This document shows positions 35,054-44,502 of a stretch of DNA of 64,000 nucleotides, piece after piece (the stretch's first letter is position 1; each line of letters starts with the position of its first letter). This stretch comes from an uncultured Chloroflexia bacterium (lineage in GTDB: Bacteria > Chloroflexota > Limnocylindria > Limnocylindrales > CSP1-4). Under the pieces are notes generated by a model. The model was not told the DNA's origin and did not search any database. It saw only the letters and a program-made list of their open reading frames with translations. Location of the stretch: contig CAWEYL010000001.1 in assembly GCA_963813335.1 (NCBI GenBank), forward strand, positions 416,001-480,000, in the 5' to 3' direction. The position numbers and the translations under genes are program-made.

Positions 35054-35971
35054 GTGCCAGGCAAGACACCAGCCGCTCCGCCGCCCGACGACTGGACGGC
35101 CGAGGAGCTCCTCGCCGACCAGCCGATCGGTGCCGCCGTCGAGCCCGGCATGGCGATCCCGGAGCCATCGAGCTGGCTGCCGCTGGTGGAGGGGCGCTCG
35201 TCGAACCCGGTCGTCTGCCCGTTCTTCCGCGCGGTGGATGCCACTGGGGTCGTCGGCCCGCCGATCGAGGCCCCCGACGCCGCGAACCGCTGTGCCGCCC
35301 TGGCCGAGGTGGTCCCGCAGTCGCTTCGCCAGCAGCAGCTCGTCTGCCTCGCGAGCGGCCATGTCAACTGCCCGCGCTACCAGCACGGCGCCGTGGCGAT
35401 GACGCCAGTCCCACCCGCCCGTCCGCGCGCCCTGACGGCCGTGACCCCGGCCATCGCCCTCTCGCTCGCCATCCTCCTGCTCTCGTTCGGCATCTCCGCC
35501 GCCTTCGTCGTGGCGAACGGCGGCATGAGCCTCCCGTCGATCGCGATCGCCACCAGGTCGCCAGCCTCGTCCGCGTCGGCGCTGGCCGGGGCGACGGGGG
35601 GTGTGGCCGCGACGGTCGCGCCCTCGGCGGTGGCTCCGGCCGCGACGGCGAGCGCGATCGCCGTCACGGCGTCGCCGGCCGTCACGCCCGCCCCGACCCC
35701 GGTCGTCACGCCGTCACCCACCCCGGCACCGACGCCGAAGCCCACCGCGAAGCCGACCAAGAAGCCCACCTCGGATCGGTACGCCTTGCTGACGGCATGC
35801 CCCGGCAAGCCGGACTGCTGGATCTACGTGATCCGCTCGGGTGACAACCTCGCGAGCATCGCCAACTACTTCGGGGTCTCGCTCCAGACGGTCAAGGCGC
35901 TCAATCCCTGGACGAAGACGACCGGTCTCAAGGCCGGCCAGAAGCTGACGATCCCGACCCCGACCCGCTGA
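35054..35971 (+). CDS. Membrane-anchored LysM protein with N-terminal Cys/His cluster
   Basis: GGAGG SD; CPFF..RC..CLASGHVNCPRY; TM; PT linker; YVIRSGDNLASIANYFGVS..LN..GQKLTIP. Confidence 0.87.
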   Translation: MPGKTPAAPPPDDWTAEELLADQPIGAAVEPGMAIPEPSSWLPLVEGRSSNPVVCPFFRAVDATGVVGPPIEAPDAANRCAALAEVVPQSLRQQQLVCLASGHVNCPRYQHGAVAMTPVPPARPRALTAVTPAIALSLAILLLSFGISAAFVVANGGMSLPSIAIATRSPASSASALAGATGGVAATVAPSAVAPAATASAIAVTASPAVTPAPTPVVTPSPTPAPTPKPTAKPTKKPTSDRYALLTACPGKPDCWIYVIRSGDNLASIANYFGVSLQTVKALNPWTKTTGLKAGQKLTIPTPTR

Positions 35972-36043
35972 ACCTGCGGGCGACACCCGCGCGCCGCGCG
36001 GCCACCGCGCCCCGACCCAGCCACCTCGAGCCGACCCGGCCAC

Positions 36044-36268
36044 CTCGAGCCGACGCGGCCCCTGACCCGGCACGACGCTCACCCCGAGAACGTTATGGCT
36101 GCCCGGGTTGCCCTGACCGGCGCGCCCGCCCGGTTCTGATGCAGATCCGTGCGGGCAAAGGCATACCCGCCCGTTCATCGGTGGGCACATAGCCGTCGAG
36201 TGGCTGAGGACCGGCCGTAACGCTCTGGTGGTGGTCGTTGTGCCGGGTCAGGGGCCCGTCGGCTCGAG
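36044..36268 (+). ncRNA. Candidate structured RNA (rod-shaped, 6S-like)
   Basis: Nested pairing 36044-36077/36236-36268 and 36087-36101/36212-36226 with G-U pairs favouring the + strand. Confidence 0.5.
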
Positions 36269-36398
36269 CGGCGCCCCGACCTGAACGCCCCGGCGTCCGA
36301 CCCGGCGCCGTCCTGGGCACCAACCTCGGCCACCGCCGCGCCCCGGGGTCCGCGATCGTCCCAACCACCCGGCCATGTCCCCATGTGCAGAAACGGCA

Positions 36399-36460
36399 TT
36401 GACGGGAGCCGTTCGACCGCTAGAATGGCCCGAAGTGGCGCGAAGTGGTGAAAAGTGGGG
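36399..36460 (+). promoter_or_regulatory. dcw promoter with MraZ-binding repeats
   Basis: TTGACG-16bp-TAGAAT followed by three AAGTGG repeats at 10-bp period (36431-36460). Confidence 0.85.
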
Positions 36461-36592
36461 AACGAACGATGGACCCGGCCGACCCGCCGGTGACAGCCCC
36501 GCCTCACCACCACTGCCAGCGGCCCGAGCCGCATGTCCGTACCGCACGCGACGTCCGCGACCGCAACCGCAACGACAGGGGAAGCCCGACTG

Positions 36593-37021
36593 GTGTTCAC
36601 CGGCGAGTACCGGCACACGGTGGACGACAAGGGACGGATCGCCGTCCCCGCGAAGTTCCGCGCCCAACTGGACGCTGGAGCCGTCGTCTCGCGCTGGCTG
36701 GATCCGTGCCTCGCGATCCACACCGCCGCCGGCTGGGAGTCCCTCTCGACCAAGGTCGCCGCGCTTCCGTTCACCGATCAGACCGCCCGGCGCTTCACGA
36801 GGTTCGTCTTCGCCGGGTCCGCACCAGCAGAACTCGACCGCCAGGGACGGGTCCTCGTCCCGGCGTATCTGCGCGAGTCCATCGGCCTCACGGCTGACGC
36901 CGTGGTGGTCGGGACGCACGACCACGTGGAGATCTGGGCACCCGACCGGTGGGAGGACTACCGCCGGGCGCTCGACGACCCACAAGCGCTGGCCGAAGCC
37001 TTCGAAGGGCTGGGGATCTAG
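36593..37021 (+). CDS. mraZ: Transcriptional regulator MraZ
   Basis: FTGEYRHTVDDKGR, LDRQGRV, HVEIW. Confidence 0.96.
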   Translation: MFTGEYRHTVDDKGRIAVPAKFRAQLDAGAVVSRWLDPCLAIHTAAGWESLSTKVAALPFTDQTARRFTRFVFAGSAPAELDRQGRVLVPAYLRESIGLTADAVVVGTHDHVEIWAPDRWEDYRRALDDPQALAEAFEGLGI

Positions 37022-37080
37022 CGCCACCACATGCGCTTCCAGGATCCGCTCGGGATCCGATCGTTCGGGACGGAGGAGAG

Positions 37081-38028
37081 ATGAAGGATGGGCACATGCC
37101 GGTGCTGGTGGAGGAGGTCCTCGTGATGCTCGCTCCAGCGCCGGGCAGCCTTCAGATCGACGCCACCCTGGGCGGCGGTGGGCACACCGAGCGGATCCTG
37201 GAGGCGACCGACCCTGATGGCCGCCTCCTCGGCCTCGATGCCGATGGGGCGGCCGTCGCCAGAGTGGACGATCGCCTCCGAGCCCGCTTCGGCGACCGCC
37301 TCGTGCTTCGCCAGGCGAACTTCAGCGAGCTGGCCAGCGTCGCGCCGGCGGCCGGCTTCGGGGCGGTCGACGGCTGCCTCTTCGACCTCGGGCTCTCGAG
37401 CTTCCAGCTGGCCGACACGGACCGCGGGTTCGGGTTCCGCGCCGGCGGACCGCTCGACATGCGCTTCGACACCAGCCGCGGCGTCCCCGCGGCGACCCTG
37501 ATCGCGACCCTCGACACCGCCGAGCTGACCGCGCTCTTCCGGCGCTACGGCGAGGAGCCGAAGGCGCCGCGCATCGCCCGGGCCATCGTCGAGGCGCGCA
37601 AGACCGCGCCGGTCGAGACCGCCGAGGCGCTGGCCGCCCTCATCGAAAAGGTCGCGCCGCCGAACCCGCGTCAGCCGCGCCGGACGCACCCGGCGACCCG
37701 CGTCTTCCAGGCCCTGCGCATCGCGGTCAACGAGGAGCTCGAGGCGCTCCAGGCCGGCCTCTCCGCGGCGCTCGACCTGCTGCGCCCCGGCGGCCGCCTC
37801 GTGGTCCTCAGCTACCACTCGCTGGAGGACCGCATCGTCAAGCGCTTCATCGCCACGGAACGGCGTGGCTGCGTCTGCCCTCCCGAGCTGCCGGTCTGCG
37901 TGTGCGGCAAGAACCCGCGCCTGCGGATGGTGACCCGGCCCTCCCTGACCCCATCGGCGAGCGAGATCGCCGCCAACCCGCGAGCCCGCAGCGCCCGGTT
38001 GCGAGCCGCCGAGCGCCTCGCCGCATAG
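37081..38028 (+). CDS. rsmH: 16S rRNA C1402 methyltransferase
   Basis: HMPVL, DATLGGGGH, DLGLSSFQL, PLDMR, SYHSLEDRIVK, NPRARSARLR. Confidence 0.97.
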   Translation: MKDGHMPVLVEEVLVMLAPAPGSLQIDATLGGGGHTERILEATDPDGRLLGLDADGAAVARVDDRLRARFGDRLVLRQANFSELASVAPAAGFGAVDGCLFDLGLSSFQLADTDRGFGFRAGGPLDMRFDTSRGVPAATLIATLDTAELTALFRRYGEEPKAPRIARAIVEARKTAPVETAEALAALIEKVAPPNPRQPRRTHPATRVFQALRIAVNEELEALQAGLSAALDLLRPGGRLVVLSYHSLEDRIVKRFIATERRGCVCPPELPVCVCGKNPRLRMVTRPSLTPSASEIAANPRARSARLRAAERLAA

Positions 38029-38106
38029 GGGGGACGGATCGACCGACGACCCGTGAGCCGGCCAGACGCGTCGGCCACGCCAGCAGGAACGGAAGGAGGA
38101 GCCCCC

Positions 38107-38304
38107 ATGAGCAAGCACCATCAGTCGAGCCGTCGCAAGTCCTACGGCCGCCGGCAGCACGAAGTCCGCGAGCGCCACGACCGCAACCATCAGCCGGAGG
38201 GCTTCGAGGTCGAGTACGGCGAGACGAACAACGCCGTCCCGGTCGATCCGTTCGCCTTCCTCGATCCGCGCGCGCCGCGGCTGCGCCTCATGTCGGCCGA
38301 CTGA
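38107..38304 (+). CDS. Small hypothetical protein (65 aa) within dcw cluster
   Basis: Strong AAGGAGGA SD, ATG, GC3-rich codons, ends 3 bp before next gene. Confidence 0.7.
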   Translation: MSKHHQSSRRKSYGRRQHEVRERHDRNHQPEGFEVEYGETNNAVPVDPFAFLDPRAPRLRLMSAD

Positions 38305-38307
38305 GCG

Positions 38308-38688
38308 GTGGCTGTCTACGAGGGCGCCCGCCCACGGACCATCACGCTCCCGGGACGTCCGCGCATCGCGGAAGGCCCGACCCTCGGCCGGCGGAAGGTG
38401 CGCACGGCGGTCCGGGCGGGACGACGCCCGGGCCACTGGAGCCTCGTCCTCGGCACGATCGTGATCGCCTTCCTGCTCGCCTTCTTCTGGCTCGCCCAGG
38501 TCGTCCGCGAATCGGCCACGGGCTACGACATCGGACGGCTCCAGGTCACCCGCGACCGCCTCGATTCGAAGGCGCAGGACCTGCATTCCGACCTGAGCCG
38601 CCTCGGGCACGAGCCCGCCATCCGCAAGCTCGCCATCGATGCGGGGCTCGGCCAGCTCGGCGACCCCCTCATCCTGCCGGCCCGCTAG
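38308..38688 (+). CDS. ftsL: Cell division protein FtsL-like
   Basis: Basic N-terminus, single TM, coiled coil, A...GL; between rsmH and PBP. Confidence 0.7.
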   Translation: MAVYEGARPRTITLPGRPRIAEGPTLGRRKVRTAVRAGRRPGHWSLVLGTIVIAFLLAFFWLAQVVRESATGYDIGRLQVTRDRLDSKAQDLHSDLSRLGHEPAIRKLAIDAGLGQLGDPLILPAR

Positions 38689-38703
38689 GCGATCGGGCGA
38701 ACC

Positions 38704-40536
38704 ATGCTGGGTCGGACCGATTCGAGATCGCGGCTGCTGGTGCTGCTGCTGGTCTTCGTGGTGGCCGCGGTCGCGGTCGTCGGCCGGCTCGCCTACTGGC
38801 AGGTCCTCCAGCGTGACGACCTGTCCGCCAAGGCCGTCGCCCAGACCACCATCCAGGTCTCGGAGCCCAGCCGGCGCGGCGACATCTACGACCGGAGCGG
38901 CACCGTCGTCCTGGCCACCACCGTCGAGCGCGACCGCCTGGTCGCCAACGCGAAGATCCTCACGCCCGAGCAGCGCCAGGCGACCGGCGACGAGCTGGTC
39001 CGCATCCTGGCGCTCGACGACACCGCCGGCACGGCACTCCGCGACAAGCTGCTGACCCAGAAGACCTACATCATCCTCGCCCGTGAGATCGAGCCGGCGG
39101 TCGCCGACCAGATCCGTGCGGCGGTCGCCGGCCGGGTCCTGACCGGGATCACCCTCGAGCCGGAGCCGCTGCGCGTCTATCCGCAGGCCGGCGGCGGGCG
39201 CGACTCCACGCTGGCCGCGCAGCTCCTCGGGTTCGTCAATCGCGAGGGCACGGGGCAGTACGGCGTGGAGCAGGCCTACCAGGACATCCTCGGCGGGGCG
39301 CCGCGCATCGCCGACTTCCAGCGCGACGCCCGCGGCCAGCCGATCCCGGAGACATCGAACGTCGTCTCGCCCGGCACGCCGGGCCAGGACGTGCGCCTCA
39401 CCATCGATGCCGGTCTGCAGCTCGCGGTGGAGCAGGAGCTGCTGGCCGCCCACGTCGCCGACGACGCCAAGAGCGTATCGGCCATCGTCATGGACCCGTA
39501 CACCGGCGAGGTATACGCGGAGGCCACCTACCCCTCGTACGACGCCAACGACTACCGGGCCATCGCGGCGAAGCACCCGGAGCGGTTCATCGACCCGATC
39601 GTCTCCTCGATGTACGAGCCCGGGTCCGTCTTCAAGATGATGACCGCTACCGCGGCTCTCGAGCACAAGACCGCCACGCTCGCGACCAGGATCAAGGACA
39701 CCGGCACGCTGCGCCTCGACAACGGCAAGACCAAGATCGACGACGCCGACCGGGTCGGGATGGGCTGGATGACGTTCGAGGACGGCGTCGCCTACTCGCG
39801 CAACGTGGTCGCCGCGAAGGTGGCGCTCGACCTCGCACCCACGACCCGGGCGTCGTCGGCGATCCTCTACGACACGTGGCTGAAGCTCGGCTTCGGGGCC
39901 AGGACCGGCATCGATCTCGCCAACGAGGCTTCGGGCATCGTGCGCGACCCGGGCCTCAAGCCCTGGGCGCAGATCGACCTCGCCAACGGCGCCTTCGGCC
40001 AGGGCGTGGCGGTCACGCCGATCCAGCTCGCGACCGCCTACGCGGCCCTGATGAACGGCGGATCCATCGTCCAGCCGCACGTCGTGAAGGCGGTGGGCGA
40101 GCGCGAGATCGTCGACCCGCCCAAGGCGCATGTGGTCAGCGCCGGTATCTCGAAGCAGCTCACCGGCCTGATGAACCACGTCGTGACGACGGTCCCGTTC
40201 TACAAGGGCCGCACGCTGGTCAAGGGCTATGACGTCGGCGGCAAGACCGGGACCGCGCAGATCTGGGACCCGAAGGCCAACCACGGTCGCGGCGCCTGGA
40301 AGGTGGACCTCTTCAACTACTCGTTCGTCGGGTACATCGGGCGGGAGAAGGGCGTGCCGGACCTCGTGGTCGCGGTGCGGATCGAGGAGGGGACCCCCAA
40401 CGTCGTCCGGGTCGGCCACCTCGAGATGCCGGTGATGTCGTTCGAGCTCTTCCGGCGGATCGCCACGGATGCCATCACGACACCCGACCTGCTCACCGAC
40501 CGGATGACCGCCGTCGGTCCGGTCGCGGCCCGGTGA
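38704..40536 (+). CDS. ftsI: Class B penicillin-binding protein (FtsI-like)
   Basis: RGDIYDRSG, RVYP, YEPGSVFK (SxxK), SRN, KTGTAQ. Confidence 0.92.
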   Translation: MLGRTDSRSRLLVLLLVFVVAAVAVVGRLAYWQVLQRDDLSAKAVAQTTIQVSEPSRRGDIYDRSGTVVLATTVERDRLVANAKILTPEQRQATGDELVRILALDDTAGTALRDKLLTQKTYIILAREIEPAVADQIRAAVAGRVLTGITLEPEPLRVYPQAGGGRDSTLAAQLLGFVNREGTGQYGVEQAYQDILGGAPRIADFQRDARGQPIPETSNVVSPGTPGQDVRLTIDAGLQLAVEQELLAAHVADDAKSVSAIVMDPYTGEVYAEATYPSYDANDYRAIAAKHPERFIDPIVSSMYEPGSVFKMMTATAALEHKTATLATRIKDTGTLRLDNGKTKIDDADRVGMGWMTFEDGVAYSRNVVAAKVALDLAPTTRASSAILYDTWLKLGFGARTGIDLANEASGIVRDPGLKPWAQIDLANGAFGQGVAVTPIQLATAYAALMNGGSIVQPHVVKAVGEREIVDPPKAHVVSAGISKQLTGLMNHVVTTVPFYKGRTLVKGYDVGGKTGTAQIWDPKANHGRGAWKVDLFNYSFVGYIGREKGVPDLVVAVRIEEGTPNVVRVGHLEMPVMSFELFRRIATDAITTPDLLTDRMTAVGPVAAR

Positions 40537-41963
40537 CCGCGGTCCATGCGAGACTCCCCGCCGTGACCGACGTGGGACCGGGCCTCACCGCGGACGAGAT
40601 CGTGCGCCTCACCGGCGGCCGCCTGCTCAGCCGCTCCGAGCGGCCCGTCCGCGGCGGCGCCGTGGACTCCCGGGCGGTCCGGCCCGGGAACCTGTTCGTG
40701 GCCCTCCCCGGCGAGCGCACCGACGGGCATGCGTTCCTGCCCGCCGCGGTGGCCGCCGGCGCCGCGGCCCTGCTCGTCACCCGCCAGCCGTCGGAGCCGG
40801 CCGCGCTGGGCGACGTCACGGTCATCCGCGTCGCCGACGGCATCGCCGCGCTCGGCGCCGTGGCCGCCGGCTGGCGCCGCCGCTTCGACCCGCTCGTCGT
40901 CGGGATCACGGGGAGCATCGCCAAGACCTCGACCAAGGAGGCCGTCGCGGCCGTCCTCGGGCGGCGTTTCCGCACGCTCCGGAGCGCGGGGAACCAGAAC
41001 AACGAGATCGGCCTGCCGCTGACGCTCCTCGAGCTCGGCCCGGAGCACGAGGCGGTGGTGCTCGAGATGGGCATGTACATCGGCGGCGAGATCGCCGACC
41101 TGGCGGCGCTCGCCCGGCCGACGATCGGGGTGGTGACGGCCGTCCAGGCCGTCCACCTGTCCCGGATCGGCAGCCTCGAGGCGATCGAGGCCGCCAAGGG
41201 CGAGCTGGTCGAGTCCCTGCCGCCGACCGGCACGGCGATCCTCAACGCCGACGACCCGATCGTGCGCGCGATGGCGGCCCGGACCGCGGCGCGGCCGCTG
41301 ACCTACGGGTTCGCGGAGGACGCCGATGTCGGGGCCGAGGCCGTCGTCTCCGACGGCGCCGCCGGGATGCGCTTCACGCTCCGCCTCGGCGGGGAGCGCC
41401 GGCCCGCCATGACGCCGTCGCTGGGCCGCCTGTCGGTCCACAACGGGCTGGCCGCCGCCGCCGTCGGCCTGACCGCCGGCGTCCCGCCGGAGGCGATCGT
41501 CGAAGGGCTCGCCCTGGGCTGGTCGGCGCCGCACCGGATGGCCCTCGTCCGTCTTGCGGACATGACCGTGATCGACGACAGCTACAACGCCTCCCCAGGC
41601 TCCGTCACGGCCGCGCTAGAGGTCCTCGAGGACCTGCCGGGACGGTCGGTCGCGGTGCTCGGCGAGATGCTCGAGCTCGGCGAGTCGCACGAGGAAGGGC
41701 ACCGCGCGGTCGGGGACGCGGTCGGTCGGATCGCGGCGCTGCTCGTGGTGGTCGGCTCCGCCGTCGGGGGCATCGCCAGCGCGGCCGCCGATGCGGGGCT
41801 TGCCCCCGACCGGATCCATGTCGTACCGGATGCCGCGAACGCGCTGGAGGTCCTGCGTCCGAGACTCCGCGACGGCGACGTGGTGCTGGTCAAGGGCTCG
41901 CGCGGGATCGGCCTGGACGTCCTCGTCGACGCGCTGCGGACCGAGCGGGGCCTCGCCCGATGA
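40533..41963 (+). CDS. murF: UDP-MurNAc-tripeptide:D-Ala-D-Ala ligase
   Basis: DSR, ITGSIAKTSTK, NNEIGLP, EMGM, DDSYNASP, LGEMLELG, KGSRG. Confidence 0.95.
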   Translation: MTAVHARLPAVTDVGPGLTADEIVRLTGGRLLSRSERPVRGGAVDSRAVRPGNLFVALPGERTDGHAFLPAAVAAGAAALLVTRQPSEPAALGDVTVIRVADGIAALGAVAAGWRRRFDPLVVGITGSIAKTSTKEAVAAVLGRRFRTLRSAGNQNNEIGLPLTLLELGPEHEAVVLEMGMYIGGEIADLAALARPTIGVVTAVQAVHLSRIGSLEAIEAAKGELVESLPPTGTAILNADDPIVRAMAARTAARPLTYGFAEDADVGAEAVVSDGAAGMRFTLRLGGERRPAMTPSLGRLSVHNGLAAAAVGLTAGVPPEAIVEGLALGWSAPHRMALVRLADMTVIDDSYNASPGSVTAALEVLEDLPGRSVAVLGEMLELGESHEEGHRAVGDAVGRIAALLVVVGSAVGGIASAAADAGLAPDRIHVVPDAANALEVLRPRLRDGDVVLVKGSRGIGLDVLVDALRTERGLAR

Positions 41964-42940
41964 CCGTCGAGCTGATCCAGGGCCTGCTGCTCGCCTTCGC
42001 CCTCGTGGTCATCCTGATGTCGCCCTACATCCGGCTGCTGCGCTGGATCGGCTTCGGCAAGCACATCCGCGAGGAGGGCCCCCAGAGCCACTACGCCAAG
42101 GAGGGCACGCCCACCATGGGCGGCCTGCTGGTCGTGCTGGTGGTCCTCGCCATCTACTTCTTCCTGAAGCAGCAGCCGGACGCCTCCACCTTCGCGCCGA
42201 TCGCCGCGCTGGCGATGGTCGGCCTGCTGGGCGCCTTCGACGACTACCTGAACGCCCGGACGGGGGAGGGCATCCGCGCCCGCCAGAAGCTGATCTGGCT
42301 GACGGTGGTCGCGTTCGTCGCCGCGTACCAGATCCAGCAGACCTACGACATCACCGCGATCGCGGTCCCGTTCATCGGCAAGGTCCCGATCGACGCCCGG
42401 GTCTACGTCCTGTTCGCCGCGTTCGCCATCGTGGCGGCCGCCAACGGCGTGAACATCACCGACGGCCTCGACGGCCTGTCCGGCGGGACGGTCGCCATCG
42501 CCTTCGTCGCGTACATGCTGATCGCGCTGCTGAACGTCCCGAACCAGGCCAACCTGGCGCTGCTGTGCGCGCTGATCATCGGCGCGCTGCTCGGGTTCCT
42601 CTGGTTCAACGTCCATCCAGCCCAGATCTTCATCGGCGACAGCGGAGCCCTGTCATTGGGCGCCACCCTGGCCGTCACCGCGCTCATCACCGGCCAGGTG
42701 CTGGTCCTGCCGCTGATCGGGATCATCTTCGTGATCGAGACCGGCTCGGTGATCCTGCAGGTCGGGTACTTCAAGCTCAGCGGCGGCAAGCGGATCTTCC
42801 GGATGAGTCCGCTCCATCACCATTTCGAGCTGGGCGGCTGGGACGAGGAGAAGATCACGATCCGGTTCTGGATCGTGGGGATCCTCGCGGCGCTCCTCGG
42901 CGTGACCCTCTTCCTCGCATCGCTGAACCGGCTGGCCTGA
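41960..42940 (+). CDS. mraY: Phospho-MurNAc-pentapeptide translocase
   Basis: KEGTPTMGG, DDY, NITDGLDGL, FIGDSG, PLHHHFE. Confidence 0.97.
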   Translation: MTVELIQGLLLAFALVVILMSPYIRLLRWIGFGKHIREEGPQSHYAKEGTPTMGGLLVVLVVLAIYFFLKQQPDASTFAPIAALAMVGLLGAFDDYLNARTGEGIRARQKLIWLTVVAFVAAYQIQQTYDITAIAVPFIGKVPIDARVYVLFAAFAIVAAANGVNITDGLDGLSGGTVAIAFVAYMLIALLNVPNQANLALLCALIIGALLGFLWFNVHPAQIFIGDSGALSLGATLAVTALITGQVLVLPLIGIIFVIETGSVILQVGYFKLSGGKRIFRMSPLHHHFELGGWDEEKITIRFWIVGILAALLGVTLFLASLNRLA

Positions 42941-44502
42941 TGACGATGACCGCCACCCGAACGATCGATCCGGACGCGCTCACGCTGGACGGCGTCCGGG
43001 CCGGGTCGCTCCGGGACCAGCCCGTGACGGTGCTGGGCTTCGCTCGCAGCGGCATCGCGCTGGCCCGATTCCTGGCCGATGCCGGCGCGGATGTCACGGT
43101 GTACGACGGGCGACCCGCGGCGGAGCTCGGCGCGGCGATCGAGGCGCTCGACGGACGACCGGTGCGCCTGCTGGCCGGACCGGACGTCGACCCCGCGTCC
43201 GCCTGGGGCGGGGCGGCGCTGGTGACCTCGTCCCCGGCGATCAACCCCGACTATCCGACGACCGAGCCGCGCCTCCGCGCGGCGCTCCGCGCGCTGGTCG
43301 ACGCGCGCGCCGCCGGCGACGAGACGGTGCCGGCCCTCGTGTCCGAGCCGGACCTGTTCCTGCGCCTGTGCCCGGCACCGACGATCGGGGTGACGGGGAC
43401 CAAGGGCAAGACCACGACGTCCTCGCTCGCCGCCGCCATCCTCGCGGCCGACCCCACCCATCCGGCGGTCCTCGGCGGCAACATCGGGATCCCGATCGTC
43501 GAGCGACTGCCCGAGCTCACGGCGGGCCATCGCGTCGTCTACGAGCTCTCGGAGCTCCAGCTCCCGACCCTGTCGCGCGGCACGACGGTCGCGGTCTACA
43601 CCAACGTGACCTCCGATCACCTCGACCGGCACGGCTCGCTCGAGGCATACCGGGCCACCAAGCGGCGCCTGGCCGACCTCGTGGATCCCGCCGGAGCACT
43701 GGTCCTGAACCTCGACGACCCGGTCGTCGCGGCCTACGCCGATGCGGGCCGCGCCCGGGTCGTGGCCTACGGCCAGGGCCTGCCGGTCCCGGGCGGGCTC
43801 GGCCTGCGCGACGGCTGGATCGTGGCAGACGCGGTGGAACGGCTCGCGATCGCGGGCGGCGGCACGGCCATCACCGGCCCCGAGGGTCGGATCATGCCGG
43901 TCGCGGAGCTCGCCATCCCCGGCGCCCACAACGTCTCCAACGCCCTGGCCGCGGTCGCTGTCGGGCTGCTGTTCGGCATCGAGCCGGATGCGATCCGCAC
44001 GGCCGCCGGGGCGTTCACCGGCGTCGAGCACCGGCTCGAGCCTGTCGCGACCATCGACGGGGTCCGCTTCGTCAACGACTCCCAGGGCACCCAGCCCGAC
44101 GCGGTGGTCGCGGCGCTCCGCTCGTTCGCGCCGCCGCTCGTGCTGATCGCCGGCGGCCGCGACAAGGGCGTCGACCTTTCCGGCCTCCCGCCGGTCGTGG
44201 CGGAACGCGCGGCGGCGGCGGTCCTGATCGGCGAGAGCGGCCCGCGCCTCGAGGGTGAGTTCCGCGCCGCCGGGCTGACGCGCACGGCGCGTGCCGCGAC
44301 GCTCGAGGAAGCCGTCCGCATCGCCGACGGGCTGGCCCGCGAGGCGCTCGCCGACGGCGACCGCCCCGCACCGGCGACCGTGCTCCTCAGCCCGGCCGCG
44401 GCGAGCTTCGACATGTTCGAGGACTACGCCGCCCGCGGGCGGGCCTTCAAGGCAGCCGTGGCCGCGCTCGCGGCCGAGCGAACCGAGGAGACGCCGCGAT
44501 GA
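42940..44502 (+). CDS. murD: UDP-MurNAc-L-Ala:D-Glu ligase
   Basis: GFARSG, VTGTKGKTTT, GGNIG, ELSELQL, DHLDRH, NDS, SPAAASFDMF. Confidence 0.95.
   Translation: MTMTATRTIDPDALTLDGVRAGSLRDQPVTVLGFARSGIALARFLADAGADVTVYDGRPAAELGAAIEALDGRPVRLLAGPDVDPASAWGGAALVTSSPAINPDYPTTEPRLRAALRALVDARAAGDETVPALVSEPDLFLRLCPAPTIGVTGTKGKTTTSSLAAAILAADPTHPAVLGGNIGIPIVERLPELTAGHRVVYELSELQLPTLSRGTTVAVYTNVTSDHLDRHGSLEAYRATKRRLADLVDPAGALVLNLDDPVVAAYADAGRARVVAYGQGLPVPGGLGLRDGWIVADAVERLAIAGGGTAITGPEGRIMPVAELAIPGAHNVSNALAAVAVGLLFGIEPDAIRTAAGAFTGVEHRLEPVATIDGVRFVNDSQGTQPDAVVAALRSFAPPLVLIAGGRDKGVDLSGLPPVVAERAAAAVLIGESGPRLEGEFRAAGLTRTARAATLEEAVRIADGLAREALADGDRPAPATVLLSPAAASFDMFEDYAARGRAFKAAVAALAAERTEETPR

Noticed and set aside
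36090-36215. c-di-GMP-I riboswitch, hammerhead or SRP identity for the intergenic RNA
   Set aside because: Partial words (GGCAAA, GGGTTGCC, CTGAGGA) are in the wrong order or lack partners; no SRP GGAA helix-8 motif.
36431-36460. GTGG direct repeats as a novel motif
   Set aside because: Matches established MraZ operator repeats; listed as a feature.
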